NCBI GenBank assembly: GCA_963666215.2
Contig: CAXWPL010000002.1
Coordinates: 224,001 to 288,000, forward strand
DNA: 64,000 bases
Direction: 5' to 3'
Source of the DNA: Acidobacteriota bacterium
GTDB lineage: Bacteria; Acidobacteriota; UBA890; WLXD01
The notes beneath the pieces were generated by a model. It ran no database searches and was not told the DNA's origin. It saw only the letters and a program-made list of their open reading frames with translations. Positions 1 to 11,155 of the stretch are shown here, one piece after another; within the stretch, counting starts at the first letter, position 1; every line of letters begins with the position of its first letter. Made by a program: the position numbers and the translations under genes.

Positions 1-1
1 T

Positions 2-730
2 GGCGAGGGTGATGTTGAGGCGGGAGTGCTCGACGGCGTGAACGCACTCGAGTTTTCCAATGCCGCGGCTCTCGACAATGCCGGGTTTTCGGCGCTCGCC
101 TTCTTTCTCAGCGACCCGGACGGGACGATCACCGAGGCCGATTTGCTCATCAACGACCGTCGCTTCGGCTTCGCCACCGATGGCGGCAACGTGGGCCTGG
201 ATCTCGAGACTTTCATGGTGCGTCAGCTGGGCAGCCTGTTGGGGCTCGACAGCTCGCCTCTCGGCGGTCCCGATCCGGACGACTTCAGCATGCTCAGCGG
301 CGATACCTCCGTCATGTTTCCAGTAACGCGCGGGATCGGCGATCTGGCACGCGCGCTGAGGCAGGACGACATCGCAGGCATCGCAGCGCTGTATCCTCTG
401 GCGGGCTCCTCGCGGGGTGCGATTCGAGGTCGCGTTGCCCGGCAAGGTAGCCCTGTGTTCGGTGCCCACGTCGTGGCCTTTGACCCGGCAAGCCAGGTTC
501 TGGTGGGCGCCGTCAGCCTGCCCGACGGGAGCTTCTCACTCGAGGGCCTGCCGCCCGGCCGATACCTGATCCAGACGGTTCCGCTCAACAACCAGGCCGG
601 CCCGGCCACGCTTGGCGGTATTTTCGCTCTTGGAACGCTCAATACGAGCTTCCGAGCGGCATTCCATTCAGATGTCATTCGATTGTCGGCGGGCGCTACT
701 ATCACCGGCCTGACGTTGGAGGTGCTTTGA
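2..730 (+). CDS. 5'-truncated matrixin (M10-like) domain plus carboxypeptidase-regulatory-like/Ig domain protein; zinc motif degenerate
   Basis: Frame is open from the window edge. ITEADLLIND, DLETFMVRQLGSLLGLDSS, Met-turn SVMFP, L-x-x-DDIAGIAALYP, then GAIRGRV...GAHVVA...DGSFSLEGLPPGRY. Confidence 0.7.
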   Translation, partial: GEGDVEAGVLDGVNALEFSNAAALDNAGFSALAFFLSDPDGTITEADLLINDRRFGFATDGGNVGLDLETFMVRQLGSLLGLDSSPLGGPDPDDFSMLSGDTSVMFPVTRGIGDLARALRQDDIAGIAALYPLAGSSRGAIRGRVARQGSPVFGAHVVAFDPASQVLVGAVSLPDGSFSLEGLPPGRYLIQTVPLNNQAGPATLGGIFALGTLNTSFRAAFHSDVIRLSAGATITGLTLEVL

Positions 731-1548
731 GTAGCGCGGCGAAGGGACCAAGCCCCCGCAAGGGGCAGGTGGCTCTGGACGACACCGTTACGGGCCTCGT
801 CCGTGGCATGGCGGGAGCAGGGCTGGGGCTCTGCACGGCAGTGGCGATCATCGTCGCTCAGCTGCTCAGCCCGGCGGCCGCGTGGGCGCAAGGCGCTTCG
901 GAGAGTGGCGAAAGCTCTCAGGCGGAGGCGCAGCAGGAGGCGCAGGACGTACGTCGATCGCCCTCGCAATACGACGATGACGAAGGTGATCACCGTAGCT
1001 ATTCGGTGGGAGCCTTCAGCGGTGTGATGGCCGGCGGCACCTCGCTCGGCAGCTCACAGAATCTCTTTTTTCGCAGCACGTTCGAGCAGGGGAGCTCGGG
1101 CTTGTTCGGCGGGCGTATCGGCTATGCGCTGGCGACGCGCCTCGACCTGGATGTCGAGTTCGGCACCGGTTCTCCGGGCCTCGACGTCATCCTGAGTGAT
1201 CTGTCGGGCCAGGGGAGAACCGAGTTCGAGTTCGCGGACCTCGATTCGACCTACGTCGCTGGCAGTCTGCGTTACGGCATGGTGCGACGCAGTGCGCGCT
1301 TGGTTCCGTTCCTAACGGCGGGACTCGTGGTCGTTTCCCTGAGCTCGAGCACCGAGCCGGGCCTCGATTCGAGCAGCGTGGGCGCTCTCTTCGGCGCGGG
1401 TCTGTTGCTCCGCCTGGCCGATAGCCTCAAGCTGCGAGTCGATGCGCGAGGGCTGCGCGCGGGTGGTGTCGGCGACGGGGCGCCGTTCACCGACCGGCTC
1501 AACTCCACGCAGATCTTCTGGACGGGCGGGCTGAGCTACGAGTTCTGA
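727..1548 (+). CDS. Outer-membrane beta-barrel protein
   Basis: Signal-peptide-like segment ending AAAWAQ (alternative start 808), alternating beta-strand pattern, C-terminal GGLSYEF (aromatic-x-Phe BAM signal). Confidence 0.7.
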   Translation: MSSAAKGPSPRKGQVALDDTVTGLVRGMAGAGLGLCTAVAIIVAQLLSPAAAWAQGASESGESSQAEAQQEAQDVRRSPSQYDDDEGDHRSYSVGAFSGVMAGGTSLGSSQNLFFRSTFEQGSSGLFGGRIGYALATRLDLDVEFGTGSPGLDVILSDLSGQGRTEFEFADLDSTYVAGSLRYGMVRRSARLVPFLTAGLVVVSLSSSTEPGLDSSSVGALFGAGLLLRLADSLKLRVDARGLRAGGVGDGAPFTDRLNSTQIFWTGGLSYEF

Positions 1549-1628
1549 CGTTCCGCTGCGCGGACGCCACCGCAGGCAGCCGCGGGGTTGTGAGGGAGCG
1601 GCGTTCGCGCCATATGCGCCGGTTCGCC

Positions 1629-2144
1629 CTAGTTCGCCTCGATGGGCGTGGTGCCAAGGAGTCGGCCGAGCGCGGCGAACATCTCGCGCTCGATCACGCC
1701 GGTTGAGCGCAGCACCTGGTAGCCGAACTCCTCGTTGATGTAGCCCTCCACCCGGGTAACGACCTTCACCCGGGTGCTCTCGTTGCGCACGCCGCGCACC
1801 GTTAGAGTGACGGTGTAGCGGCCGCCGATGAAGCCACCTGCCCCGGTGATCGCCACACGGTCGAGATGATCGGTGGGCTTGTCTCCAGTGTCTGGAAAGA
1901 CGCGGAAGCCGCTCTCCACCAGACAGGCGTTGTCCTCTTGGCGCGATTCTTTGACGCTCAACCCGAACTCGGCGATCACCGATTCGGCGGCCGCGCAGGC
2001 ACCGCTGAATTCGGCGTCGTAGATCCGGTTCGTGTTCAGCGGCTCGATACGCGGCTGGCGCCAGTGAATGGTGCAGGCGGGCAGCGACAGAAGCATCAGG
2101 GCCAAAGTCAGGCAGGCGCGGTAACGCGAAGAAAACCGGTCCAT
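1629..2144 (-). CDS. Putative lipoprotein of unknown function
   Basis: ATG at 2144 gives MDRFSSRYRACLTLALMLLSLPAC with an LPAC lipobox; lies directly downstream of tatA. Confidence 0.65.
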   Translation of the reverse strand: MDRFSSRYRACLTLALMLLSLPACTIHWRQPRIEPLNTNRIYDAEFSGACAAAESVIAEFGLSVKESRQEDNACLVESGFRVFPDTGDKPTDHLDRVAITGAGGFIGGRYTVTLTVRGVRNESTRVKVVTRVEGYINEEFGYQVLRSTGVIEREMFAALGRLLGTTPIEAN

Positions 2145-2226
2145 CGTGCTCTCAGTCAGGGGGGTGTGGATGTCGGGCGCCGGGTGGTTCTCGGAGGCGG
2201 GCAGCGCTTGACGCCTCGCAGGCTGA

Positions 2227-2385
2227 TCAGGCGTCTTCGTCGTTGCCTCCGCGCATCGCGGCCTTGAAGTTCTGGATTCCACGACCCAGGCCACGACCGA
2301 CCTCGGGCAACTTGCGAGCGCCGAACAGCAGCATGACGATCAAGAACAAGAGCAGCAGTTCGGTGGGACCGATGGAGCCGAGCAT
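2227..2385 (-). CDS. tatA: Twin-arginine translocase subunit TatA/TatE
   Basis: [41 protein letters not shown] with the FG hinge and amphipathic helix; AGGAGGTG RBS at 2393-2400. Confidence 0.95.
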   Translation of the reverse strand: MLGSIGPTELLLLFLIVMLLFGARKLPEVGRGLGRGIQNFKAAMRGGNDEDA

Positions 2386-2414
2386 GGCGGCGCACCTCCT
2401 GAAGGTTGTTGCCC

Positions 2415-2444
2415 ATAATAGGCGCGGGCCGACAGCCCGGTCAA
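2415..2444 (-). promoter_or_regulatory. Sigma70-type promoter for tatA
   Basis: TTGACC (2444-2439), 18-bp spacer, TATTAT (2420-2415) on the minus strand. Confidence 0.55.
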
Positions 2445-2532
2445 CGATGGCGGCCGACAACACGGTGAGCGGTCTCTCGTGGGTGGACGGCGCGGTGGCA
2501 CGCAGCGTGCCTTCTGGACGCCTTGCGGGTGC

Positions 2533-4518
2533 CTACAGCCGCTCGCGTACGTTGCCGACACGTCGTGTGATTCGCCGTCCGTCGAGATACTCGAGCAGCG
2601 GGATCGCGTGCTTGCGGGTGACGCCCGCCCAATCCTTGAAGTCGGCCACCGAGAACTGCTCGCCGCGGGGGTACTGCTGGCGCAATCCGTCGACCAGGCG
2701 CTCGAGCGCCTCCTGGTGGAACGTCATTCCGTCCTTGAGCCGCACCAGTTCTCCCTGGTGGATCAGCAGTTGAAGCACCTCGCGTCCACGATCACCGCTC
2801 CCGGCCTCCACGCCGTCGCCGCCCGCCAACGCCTCTTCCAACGATGGCGGCTTCAGGCGGGCCTTGGCGAAGCTCGCGAGCAGGCCGGCGCGTAACTCTT
2901 CGAGATCGTCGTCGAGGACTACCCGGTGTCGTACCGCCGCTACGCCGTCGAGCTCGACGCGGACGCGCTCGTGCTGCTCCAGGCGCGCAATCGCTGCCTC
3001 GAAGATCGCCACCGCGAGCTGCGGCGCCACTGCCGAGCGCAGCTCCTCCTTGGGCATCGTGGGCCGAAGCGGGTGGGTCGCGTGATAGGCCGCGACGGTG
3101 TCGTTGATCGTCGTCATGAGGCCCTCGAGCGCCTCCGGAGCGACCGCACGTGGCGGCGAGCTCTCGATGAGCTCCGCTACGCCGTCGGCTGCCGCGCGCT
3201 CGAGAAGCTCTGTTACGGCGGCCGCGGGTTGAGCATGGCGCGTTGCCAGGTCATTGAGCGTGAGCCCGCTCGGACCGGCCTCGCCGATCCACGTCGCCAT
3301 GCGGTCGATGTCGGAGCCGTTCTCGAGGCGCCTCAGCGTGGTGGCAACGGCCAGGTCGGCGCCGCGGTGCTTGGCCGGGACGGGATCGATCACTACACCG
3401 CCGCCGATGGTGGTGACCGGCGAGTAGCGTCGCAGGATAAAACGATCACCGGGCGCGACCGGGTAGGGGCTTTCGAGTCGTAGCTGTACGAGTCCGCTGC
3501 CCCCAGCCGGGAGCTTGGCTCTCTCGGAGAGGTTGTGTGCGCCGGCGGTGGCATCGTCGGCTTCTCCGGATTCCTCGGAATCCGAGAGCAGGGCGACGCG
3601 ACACAGCACCTCGGCCGCCCCGTGGTGAAACCGCAGGCGCTGGAGGTGCTTGAGCGCGCCAGCGTCCGGCAGCAGGCGAACACGAGCGTCGATGAGGTGG
3701 CTGGCGCGCAGCGACGACGGATGTCCGATGACCGTGCCGCGGTCGATCTGCTCGCGGCCCACGCCGTGGAGGTTCAGCGCCAGCCGCTGGCCGGCTTCAG
3801 CGGCCGACTCGGCGACGCCGTGCACCTGAATCCCGCGCACCGTCGCGCTGAGCCCATCGGGCAGTATCTCGACCCGCTCTCCCACTTCCACTCGACCGCC
3901 GAGCAGAGTGCCGGTAACCACCGTGCCGAACCCCTTCATGGTGAAGACGCGGTCGACCGGGAGCCGCAGCAGGCCGTTCGAGGCACGTGCCGGGCTGGCG
4001 GACAGACAGCGCTCGAGCGCTGCGCGGAGCTCGTCGATGCCGGCTCCCGTGGTTACGCTCGTGTGTACGATCTCGACGTCGCTCAACGAGCTGTGGGACG
4101 TATCTTCGAGCAGCTCGCTGATCTCGAGCTCGACCAGTTCGATCATCTCGCTATCGACGAGGTCGGCCTTGGTGATTGCCACCACCCCACGCTCGACTCC
4201 CAGGAGCTGGCAGATCGCCAGGTGTTCGCGCGTCTGCGGCATGATCGATTCGTCTGCGGCGACCACCATCAACACGGCGTCAATCCCGCCGACGCCCGCC
4301 AGCATGTTCTTGACGAAGCGCTCATGGCCCGGAACGTCGATGAACGCGAGGCGCAGCCCGCCTGGGAGCGTGGCGTGCGCGAAGCCCAAGTCGATCGTGA
4401 TGCCGCGGTCCTGCTCCTCCTGCAGGCGATCAGGATCGGTGCCGGTGAGCGTCTTCACAAGAGCGCTCTTGCCGTGATCGATATGTCCGGCGGTGCCGAC
4501 GACTCGGTAGTTGTCCAA
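2533..4518 (-). CDS. selB: Selenocysteine-specific translation elongation factor SelB
   Basis: GTAGHIDHGKS, RGITIDLGF, DVPGHERFVKNM, TKAD; C-terminal winged helix TRKHAIPLLEYLD...TRRVGNVR. Confidence 0.97.
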   Translation of the reverse strand: MDNYRVVGTAGHIDHGKSALVKTLTGTDPDRLQEEQDRGITIDLGFAHATLPGGLRLAFIDVPGHERFVKNMLAGVGGIDAVLMVVAADESIMPQTREHLAICQLLGVERGVVAITKADLVDSEMIELVELEISELLEDTSHSSLSDVEIVHTSVTTGAGIDELRAALERCLSASPARASNGLLRLPVDRVFTMKGFGTVVTGTLLGGRVEVGERVEILPDGLSATVRGIQVHGVAESAAEAGQRLALNLHGVGREQIDRGTVIGHPSSLRASHLIDARVRLLPDAGALKHLQRLRFHHGAAEVLCRVALLSDSEESGEADDATAGAHNLSERAKLPAGGSGLVQLRLESPYPVAPGDRFILRRYSPVTTIGGGVVIDPVPAKHRGADLAVATTLRRLENGSDIDRMATWIGEAGPSGLTLNDLATRHAQPAAAVTELLERAAADGVAELIESSPPRAVAPEALEGLMTTINDTVAAYHATHPLRPTMPKEELRSAVAPQLAVAIFEAAIARLEQHERVRVELDGVAAVRHRVVLDDDLEELRAGLLASFAKARLKPPSLEEALAGGDGVEAGSGDRGREVLQLLIHQGELVRLKDGMTFHQEALERLVDGLRQQYPRGEQFSVADFKDWAGVTRKHAIPLLEYLDGRRITRRVGNVRERL

Positions 4519-4709
4519 CGCGATCTTCCAGGAGTCGAGACGCGAGCTCGATGTGGGCTACGAAGGTCGAGGACGAGTCTAGTGCCTCACCCTCGGCCGC
4601 GCGTGAGCCGCCCTGAGCCGAGTACGCGCGGCTCTTGCGCCGAGCTCGGACACTGCCCGGGGTGGCCGTCGCGCTTGTCGGCTGTCGGCTACGCCGTTAA
4701 GCTCGCGAC

Positions 4710-5894
4710 ATGTTCGACGCACATATCGTTGCCTCCGCGCGGACTCCCAGTGGCCGTCTCCTGGGAGCGCTGAGCTCGCTTCCAGCCACACAGCTCGGAG
4801 CCATCGCCACGCGCGCGGTTGTGGAGCGTGCGGGGCTCGATCCGGGCGACGTTGATGAAGTGATCATGGGCCAGGTTATCCAGGCCGGTGGCGGGCAAAA
4901 CCCGGCTCGTCAGGCGGCGTTGGGCGCCGGGTTGCCCAGCAGTGTCGCGGCGATGACGCTCAACAAGGTGTGCGGCTCGAGCCTCAAGGCCGTCGTGCTG
5001 GCGACCCAGGCGATTCGACTCGGCGACGCTCACTGCATCGTCGCCGGCGGCCAGGAGAGCATGTCGAATGGGCCCTTTCTCCTGACGAAGGCCCGTTCTG
5101 GCTACCGACTGGGCCACGGCCAGCTCGTCGATGCCACCGTCCATGACGGCCTCTGGTGCGCCTTCAACGACTATCACATGGGCCTCACAGGTGAGGTTGT
5201 TGCCGAGCGCTACGACGTGTCGCGCGAGGACCAGGACGCCTGGGGCCTACGCTCGCACGAGCGTGCCGGTGCGGCGGCGGCAGCAGGCGAGTTCGACGAC
5301 GAGATCGTTGCGGTGGAGATTCCACAGCGCAAGGGCGATCCGAAGATCATGCGAGCCGACGAGACCATTCGCGCCGACACCAGCGCCGAGGCGCTCGGGA
5401 GGTTACGGCCGGTATTCAAGCCGGACGGCACGGTAACCGCCGGAAACGCGCCTGGCGTCAACGACGGTGGTGCCGCCGTGGTCGTCATGTCCGCCGAAGA
5501 GACCGCACGGAGAGGGCTGCAGAGCCTCGGGCGGGTGGTTGCCTACGCCACAAGCGGGGTGGAGCCGGAGTTGGTGATGATGGCGCCTGTGGGCGCTGTG
5601 GAGCAGGTGCTCGCCAAAACCGGCTGGTCGCGCGACGAAGTCGACTTGTGGGAGCTCAATGAGGCCTTCGCGGCGCAGTCGGTGGCACTAGCCCGCGAGC
5701 TCAGGCTTGATACCGAGCGCATCAACGTTCGCGGCGGGGCGATCGCGCTCGGACACCCGATTGGTGCTTCCGGGGCGCGCATCTTGACGACGCTGCTGCA
5801 CACCATGCGCGATCGCGACGCGCGGAGGGGAATCGCCGCGATGTGCCTCGGCGGCGGCAACGCTGTCGCCCTGGCCATTGAGCGGCAAGACTAG
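4710..5894 (+). CDS. Acetyl-CoA C-acetyltransferase (thiolase)
   Basis: [26 protein letters not shown] motifs. Confidence 0.97.
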   Translation: MFDAHIVASARTPSGRLLGALSSLPATQLGAIATRAVVERAGLDPGDVDEVIMGQVIQAGGGQNPARQAALGAGLPSSVAAMTLNKVCGSSLKAVVLATQAIRLGDAHCIVAGGQESMSNGPFLLTKARSGYRLGHGQLVDATVHDGLWCAFNDYHMGLTGEVVAERYDVSREDQDAWGLRSHERAGAAAAAGEFDDEIVAVEIPQRKGDPKIMRADETIRADTSAEALGRLRPVFKPDGTVTAGNAPGVNDGGAAVVVMSAEETARRGLQSLGRVVAYATSGVEPELVMMAPVGAVEQVLAKTGWSRDEVDLWELNEAFAAQSVALARELRLDTERINVRGGAIALGHPIGASGARILTTLLHTMRDRDARRGIAAMCLGGGNAVALAIERQD

Positions 5895-5925
5895 AGCGCT
5901 GGAAATCACGAGTCGGGTGGGCTGA

Positions 5926-6780
5926 GTGGGGCAAATCCGCAAGGTCGGGGTGGTCGGGGCCGGCACGATGGGAGCCGGAATCGTTCAGGTGGCGGCGGGG
6001 GCCGGCTACGAGGTGGTGGTGCGCGATGTCGAGCAGAGCTTCCTCGATCGCGGACTGGCCAGCGTCCAAAAAGGCCTCGACAAGTGGGTTGAGAAGGGGA
6101 TCGTCGATGCCGAGCGCGGCACGGCCATGCGATCGGCAGTACGCGGGACCACCGATCTCGAGGAGCTCTTCGACGCCGATCTGGTGATCGAGGCGATCAT
6201 CGAGGAGGAGGTCGCCAAGCGCGAGGTGTTCGCTGTTCTCGACCGTGGCTGTAGCGCGGGGACGATTCTGGCCTCCAACACCTCGTCCATCTCGATCACA
6301 CGACTCGCGGCATCGACGCGGCGCGCCGAGCGGGTTATTGGAATGCATTTCTTCAACCCGGTGCCGCTGATGAAACTGGTCGAGGTTGTCCGTGGCGAGT
6401 CCACATCCGACGAGGTCAACAACGCCGTTGTTGCCGTTGCCGAGGTCATGGGCAAGACCCCAGTAAGCGTCAACGACTACCCCGGATTCGTCTCCAACCG
6501 CGTCCTGATGCCGATGATCAACGAGGCCGTCTTCTGTTTGCAGGAGGGCGTTGCGACGGCCGAGGCGATCGACGAGGTGATGAGGCTCGGCATGGCCCAT
6601 CCGATGGGCCCGTTGGCACTGGCCGATCTGATTGGCCTCGACGTCTGCCTGGCGATCATGGAGGTTCTGCATACGGGCTACTCCGACTCCAAGTACCGCC
6701 CGTGCCCCCTGTTGCGCCGCAAGGTCGACGCGGGGTATACCGGGCGCAAGGCCGGCCGCGGCTTCTACGTTTACGAATGA
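5926..6780 (+). CDS. hbd: 3-hydroxybutyryl-CoA dehydrogenase
   Basis: GAGTMGAGI, ASNTSS, GMHFFNP, HPMGPLALADLIGLD. Confidence 0.93.
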   Translation: MGQIRKVGVVGAGTMGAGIVQVAAGAGYEVVVRDVEQSFLDRGLASVQKGLDKWVEKGIVDAERGTAMRSAVRGTTDLEELFDADLVIEAIIEEEVAKREVFAVLDRGCSAGTILASNTSSISITRLAASTRRAERVIGMHFFNPVPLMKLVEVVRGESTSDEVNNAVVAVAEVMGKTPVSVNDYPGFVSNRVLMPMINEAVFCLQEGVATAEAIDEVMRLGMAHPMGPLALADLIGLDVCLAIMEVLHTGYSDSKYRPCPLLRRKVDAGYTGRKAGRGFYVYE

Positions 6781-8000
6781 GGAGGCTCGACGGCAGGCCC
6801 AGGTGGCGCGCCGGCACGAGCGGCGTGGCTGCTGTTTGGGGAGCCGCGCTAGCCACTCTCCTGTTCTTGCAGTCGCCAGCGGTGAGTGCGGCTGGACAGC
6901 AGACCGGCGGCGCCTCACGCGTCGGCAGCGATCTCGAGACTGAACGTGCCCGCGTTGCCACGCTCGAAGCCGAGCTCGAGCGTCTTGCCTCCGAACGACG
7001 TTCGATAGTCCGTGACATCGAGACCATCGACGTGCAGCTGACACTGCGTCGGCAGCAGCTCGCGGCTCTCGAGGGACGCGGAGCGACTCTGGAGACAGCC
7101 CGAAAGCAGCAGGTCGAGCATGTTGCAGCGCTGGAGGCGCAGTTCGGAACAGCACGGGAGGCGTTGAAGGGTCGCGTTGCGGCGCTGTATCGCATGGGGC
7201 CGCTCACCTACAACCGACTCCTGTTCGCGGCGGGGGAGGAGGGCAACGTCCTGACCGGGTACCAGATCGCAACCTACATGGCCGAACGCGATCGTTTGCT
7301 GGCGGAGCGTGCACGCGAAACACTTGCGCAGCTCGATGGCGCGCGTGAGTCACTCACCGAAACGGGCGCCGAGTTGAGCGACGTCCGCCAGCTGGCCGCC
7401 GAGGCCGCCGTGCGCCTCGAGGGACAGATCCAGGCACGCCGTCGGCTGCTAGCGAACATCGACGCAGAGGCCGACGCGCAGCGAGCAGCGCTCGAGGCCG
7501 CCGCTCGGTCGTCGACCGCGCTGGAGGCCACACTGACGCGTTTGTCGTACGCCGCGCCCGGCGTCAGCGGCGCGGCCTTCAACAGTCTGCAGGGCAATCT
7601 GCCGTGGCCGGCGATCGGCCGCGTGCTGCGTGGGTTTGGTCGCCAACGACACCCAATCTACAACACGTACACCCAGTCGACCGGCATCGAGATCGAGGCC
7701 GCCATAGGCGATCCCGTGGTTGCCGTCGCCACCGGAACGGTGGAGTTCGCCGATTGGCACCGCGGCTACGGCCTGCTCGTCATCGTCAACCACGGCGACG
7801 GCTACCGAACTCTTTACGGACACCTCAGCGCGGTCACGGCTCGTGTGCACGACCGTGTGCAGGCAAGCGAGGAGATCGCACGCGCCGGCGAAACGGGCTC
7901 GCTCAGCGGACCGAACCTCTACTTCGAGCTTCGCGAAGGCAACTTCGCCGTCAATCCTACAGCTTGGCTGAGCGAGGCAAACGCGGAACCACCCGACTGA
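6777..8000 (+). CDS. envC: Murein hydrolase activator EnvC (coiled coil plus degenerate M23/LytM domain)
   Basis: ATG overlaps the hbd stop (ATGA). Signal peptide, long coiled coil, LPWP...G, TGIEI (no HxxxD), YGHL, LYFELR. Confidence 0.8.
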   Translation: MRRLDGRPRWRAGTSGVAAVWGAALATLLFLQSPAVSAAGQQTGGASRVGSDLETERARVATLEAELERLASERRSIVRDIETIDVQLTLRRQQLAALEGRGATLETARKQQVEHVAALEAQFGTAREALKGRVAALYRMGPLTYNRLLFAAGEEGNVLTGYQIATYMAERDRLLAERARETLAQLDGARESLTETGAELSDVRQLAAEAAVRLEGQIQARRRLLANIDAEADAQRAALEAAARSSTALEATLTRLSYAAPGVSGAAFNSLQGNLPWPAIGRVLRGFGRQRHPIYNTYTQSTGIEIEAAIGDPVVAVATGTVEFADWHRGYGLLVIVNHGDGYRTLYGHLSAVTARVHDRVQASEEIARAGETGSLSGPNLYFELREGNFAVNPTAWLSEANAEPPD

Positions 8001-8057
8001 GACCCGCCGGCCACACCCGGGTCGTCGAGCCGCAGGGAAACCGCAGGCGATCGAAGA

Positions 8058-9644
<1,587 letters not shown>

Positions 9645-9815
9645 GAATACCGTGGCCTGCTTTGATTGCGGCGGCTGCCGGGAGGTAAGGCGGGGCGGGG
9701 ATGTTGTCGCCGGAAGTTCGGTCCAAAGGGCACACGTGTCCCAATGTACCTGTGTCAAGCTAACCCGAACAAAGTGCCGGGGCAAGCACGCTTTCGCGTG
9801 GCGTTGAGGAGAAAG

Positions 9816-11000
9816 ATGGTCAACCCGGACGCAAGCGAGCTGCGCGAGAGGCTTGTCGAACGGATTCGCGCTGACGGCCCGATTTCGTTTGCGGAGTACA
9901 TGCGCGCCGCCCTCTACGACCCCGAGCTCGGATACTACTGCGGTGGTGGTACGCCGTGGCCGAAGGGCGCCCAGGGTGGTGACTACACCACGATTCCGCA
10001 GGTGTCGCCGGCGCTTGGGTACGCAATCGGGCGGTTGGTCACCGAGGCCGACGAGCTCTTGGCGCGACCGACCCAGTTTGCTCTCGTTGAGGTCGGCAGC
10101 GGCGACGGCGCGCTACTCGCCTCCGTGCTGAGCTGGCTGGGTCGGCAGGCCCCAGAGCTGGTTTCGCGGCTCGAAGTCTGGAGCGTGGAGGCTGGTCGGT
10201 CGGCACGCCGCGCGCAGCGTCAACGTCCGGAATTCCGGCGGCGCTGGGGCAATGCAGAGGACGAAGCGCCCGCCTGCGGTGACCAGCGGGAAGGCGCCCC
10301 CATCAATCTCACATGGCTCGCCGACGTTGAACAGCTGCCACGGGGTTTCTGCGGGCTGGTGTACAGCAACGAGCTGCTCGATGCGATGCCCGTCCACCAG
10401 GTGCGCGCCACCGCGGCGCCGGCGATTCTGCAAGAGGTCTTCGTTGCCGAGCGGGCCGGCCGTCTGGAGTTCGACCATCGGCCGCCCGCGGTCGCCGTGT
10501 TGGATCACCTGCTCGCCAATGGCGTGAGCCTCGAGCCCGGACAGGTCACCGAAGTGTGTCTCCAGGTCGAGGTCTGGCTGCGCGCGGTGGTGGATCGCCT
10601 GACGAGGGGCTATGTGCTCACGATCGATTATGGGCACGAGACTCGAACGCTGCACGGCGCATCACGATCGCTCGGGACGCTCGTATGCCAGTCGAAGTAT
10701 CGGCTCAACGACGAGCCGTTGCGGTGTCCTGGGAAGCAGGACATCACCGCTCACGTCGACTTCGGCAACCTACGCCGCTGCGGACTGGCTCTCGGAATGG
10801 CCGACCTCGGGTTCTGCAGCCTGCGGGTGTTCCTCACCGGGCTCGCGTTAGTGAACGAGGCCATGGAGGCGGCAACCGACCGGGAACGCTTGGCGATTCG
10901 ACACGCCTTCGTGTCGGAGATCGGCGACGCGCACAAGGCGATGCTGCAATCGCTCGATGCACCGACTCTGCGATTTGGTCGAGCGCGGCTGGAGCGCTGA
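9816..11000 (+). CDS. SAM-dependent methyltransferase, MidA/NDUFAF7 family
   Basis: [57 protein letters not shown]. Confidence 0.9.
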   Translation: MVNPDASELRERLVERIRADGPISFAEYMRAALYDPELGYYCGGGTPWPKGAQGGDYTTIPQVSPALGYAIGRLVTEADELLARPTQFALVEVGSGDGALLASVLSWLGRQAPELVSRLEVWSVEAGRSARRAQRQRPEFRRRWGNAEDEAPACGDQREGAPINLTWLADVEQLPRGFCGLVYSNELLDAMPVHQVRATAAPAILQEVFVAERAGRLEFDHRPPAVAVLDHLLANGVSLEPGQVTEVCLQVEVWLRAVVDRLTRGYVLTIDYGHETRTLHGASRSLGTLVCQSKYRLNDEPLRCPGKQDITAHVDFGNLRRCGLALGMADLGFCSLRVFLTGLALVNEAMEAATDRERLAIRHAFVSEIGDAHKAMLQSLDAPTLRFGRARLER

Positions 11001-11155
11001 GTTGGCTGGTCCCGCGCCGACGCCCTCGCACCAGGTCGGTCGCCCGGTCCGCTAAGATGGCGAGGCTCGCGAGGCACTCAGAGGTGCCGGTGAAGACCGT
11101 TGGCGCGCGAGCGTGTGGGCAAATCCCAGATCGATCGAATCAATTCGAGGGCACG

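Noticed and set aside
4519-4709. Possible tRNA-Sec (selC) next to selB
   Set aside because: No cloverleaf with a TCA anticodon, T-loop or CCA end is recognisable.
7604-8000. Missing zinc ligands in the M23 domain as a novelty
   Set aside because: A degenerate LytM domain is the established state of EnvC.
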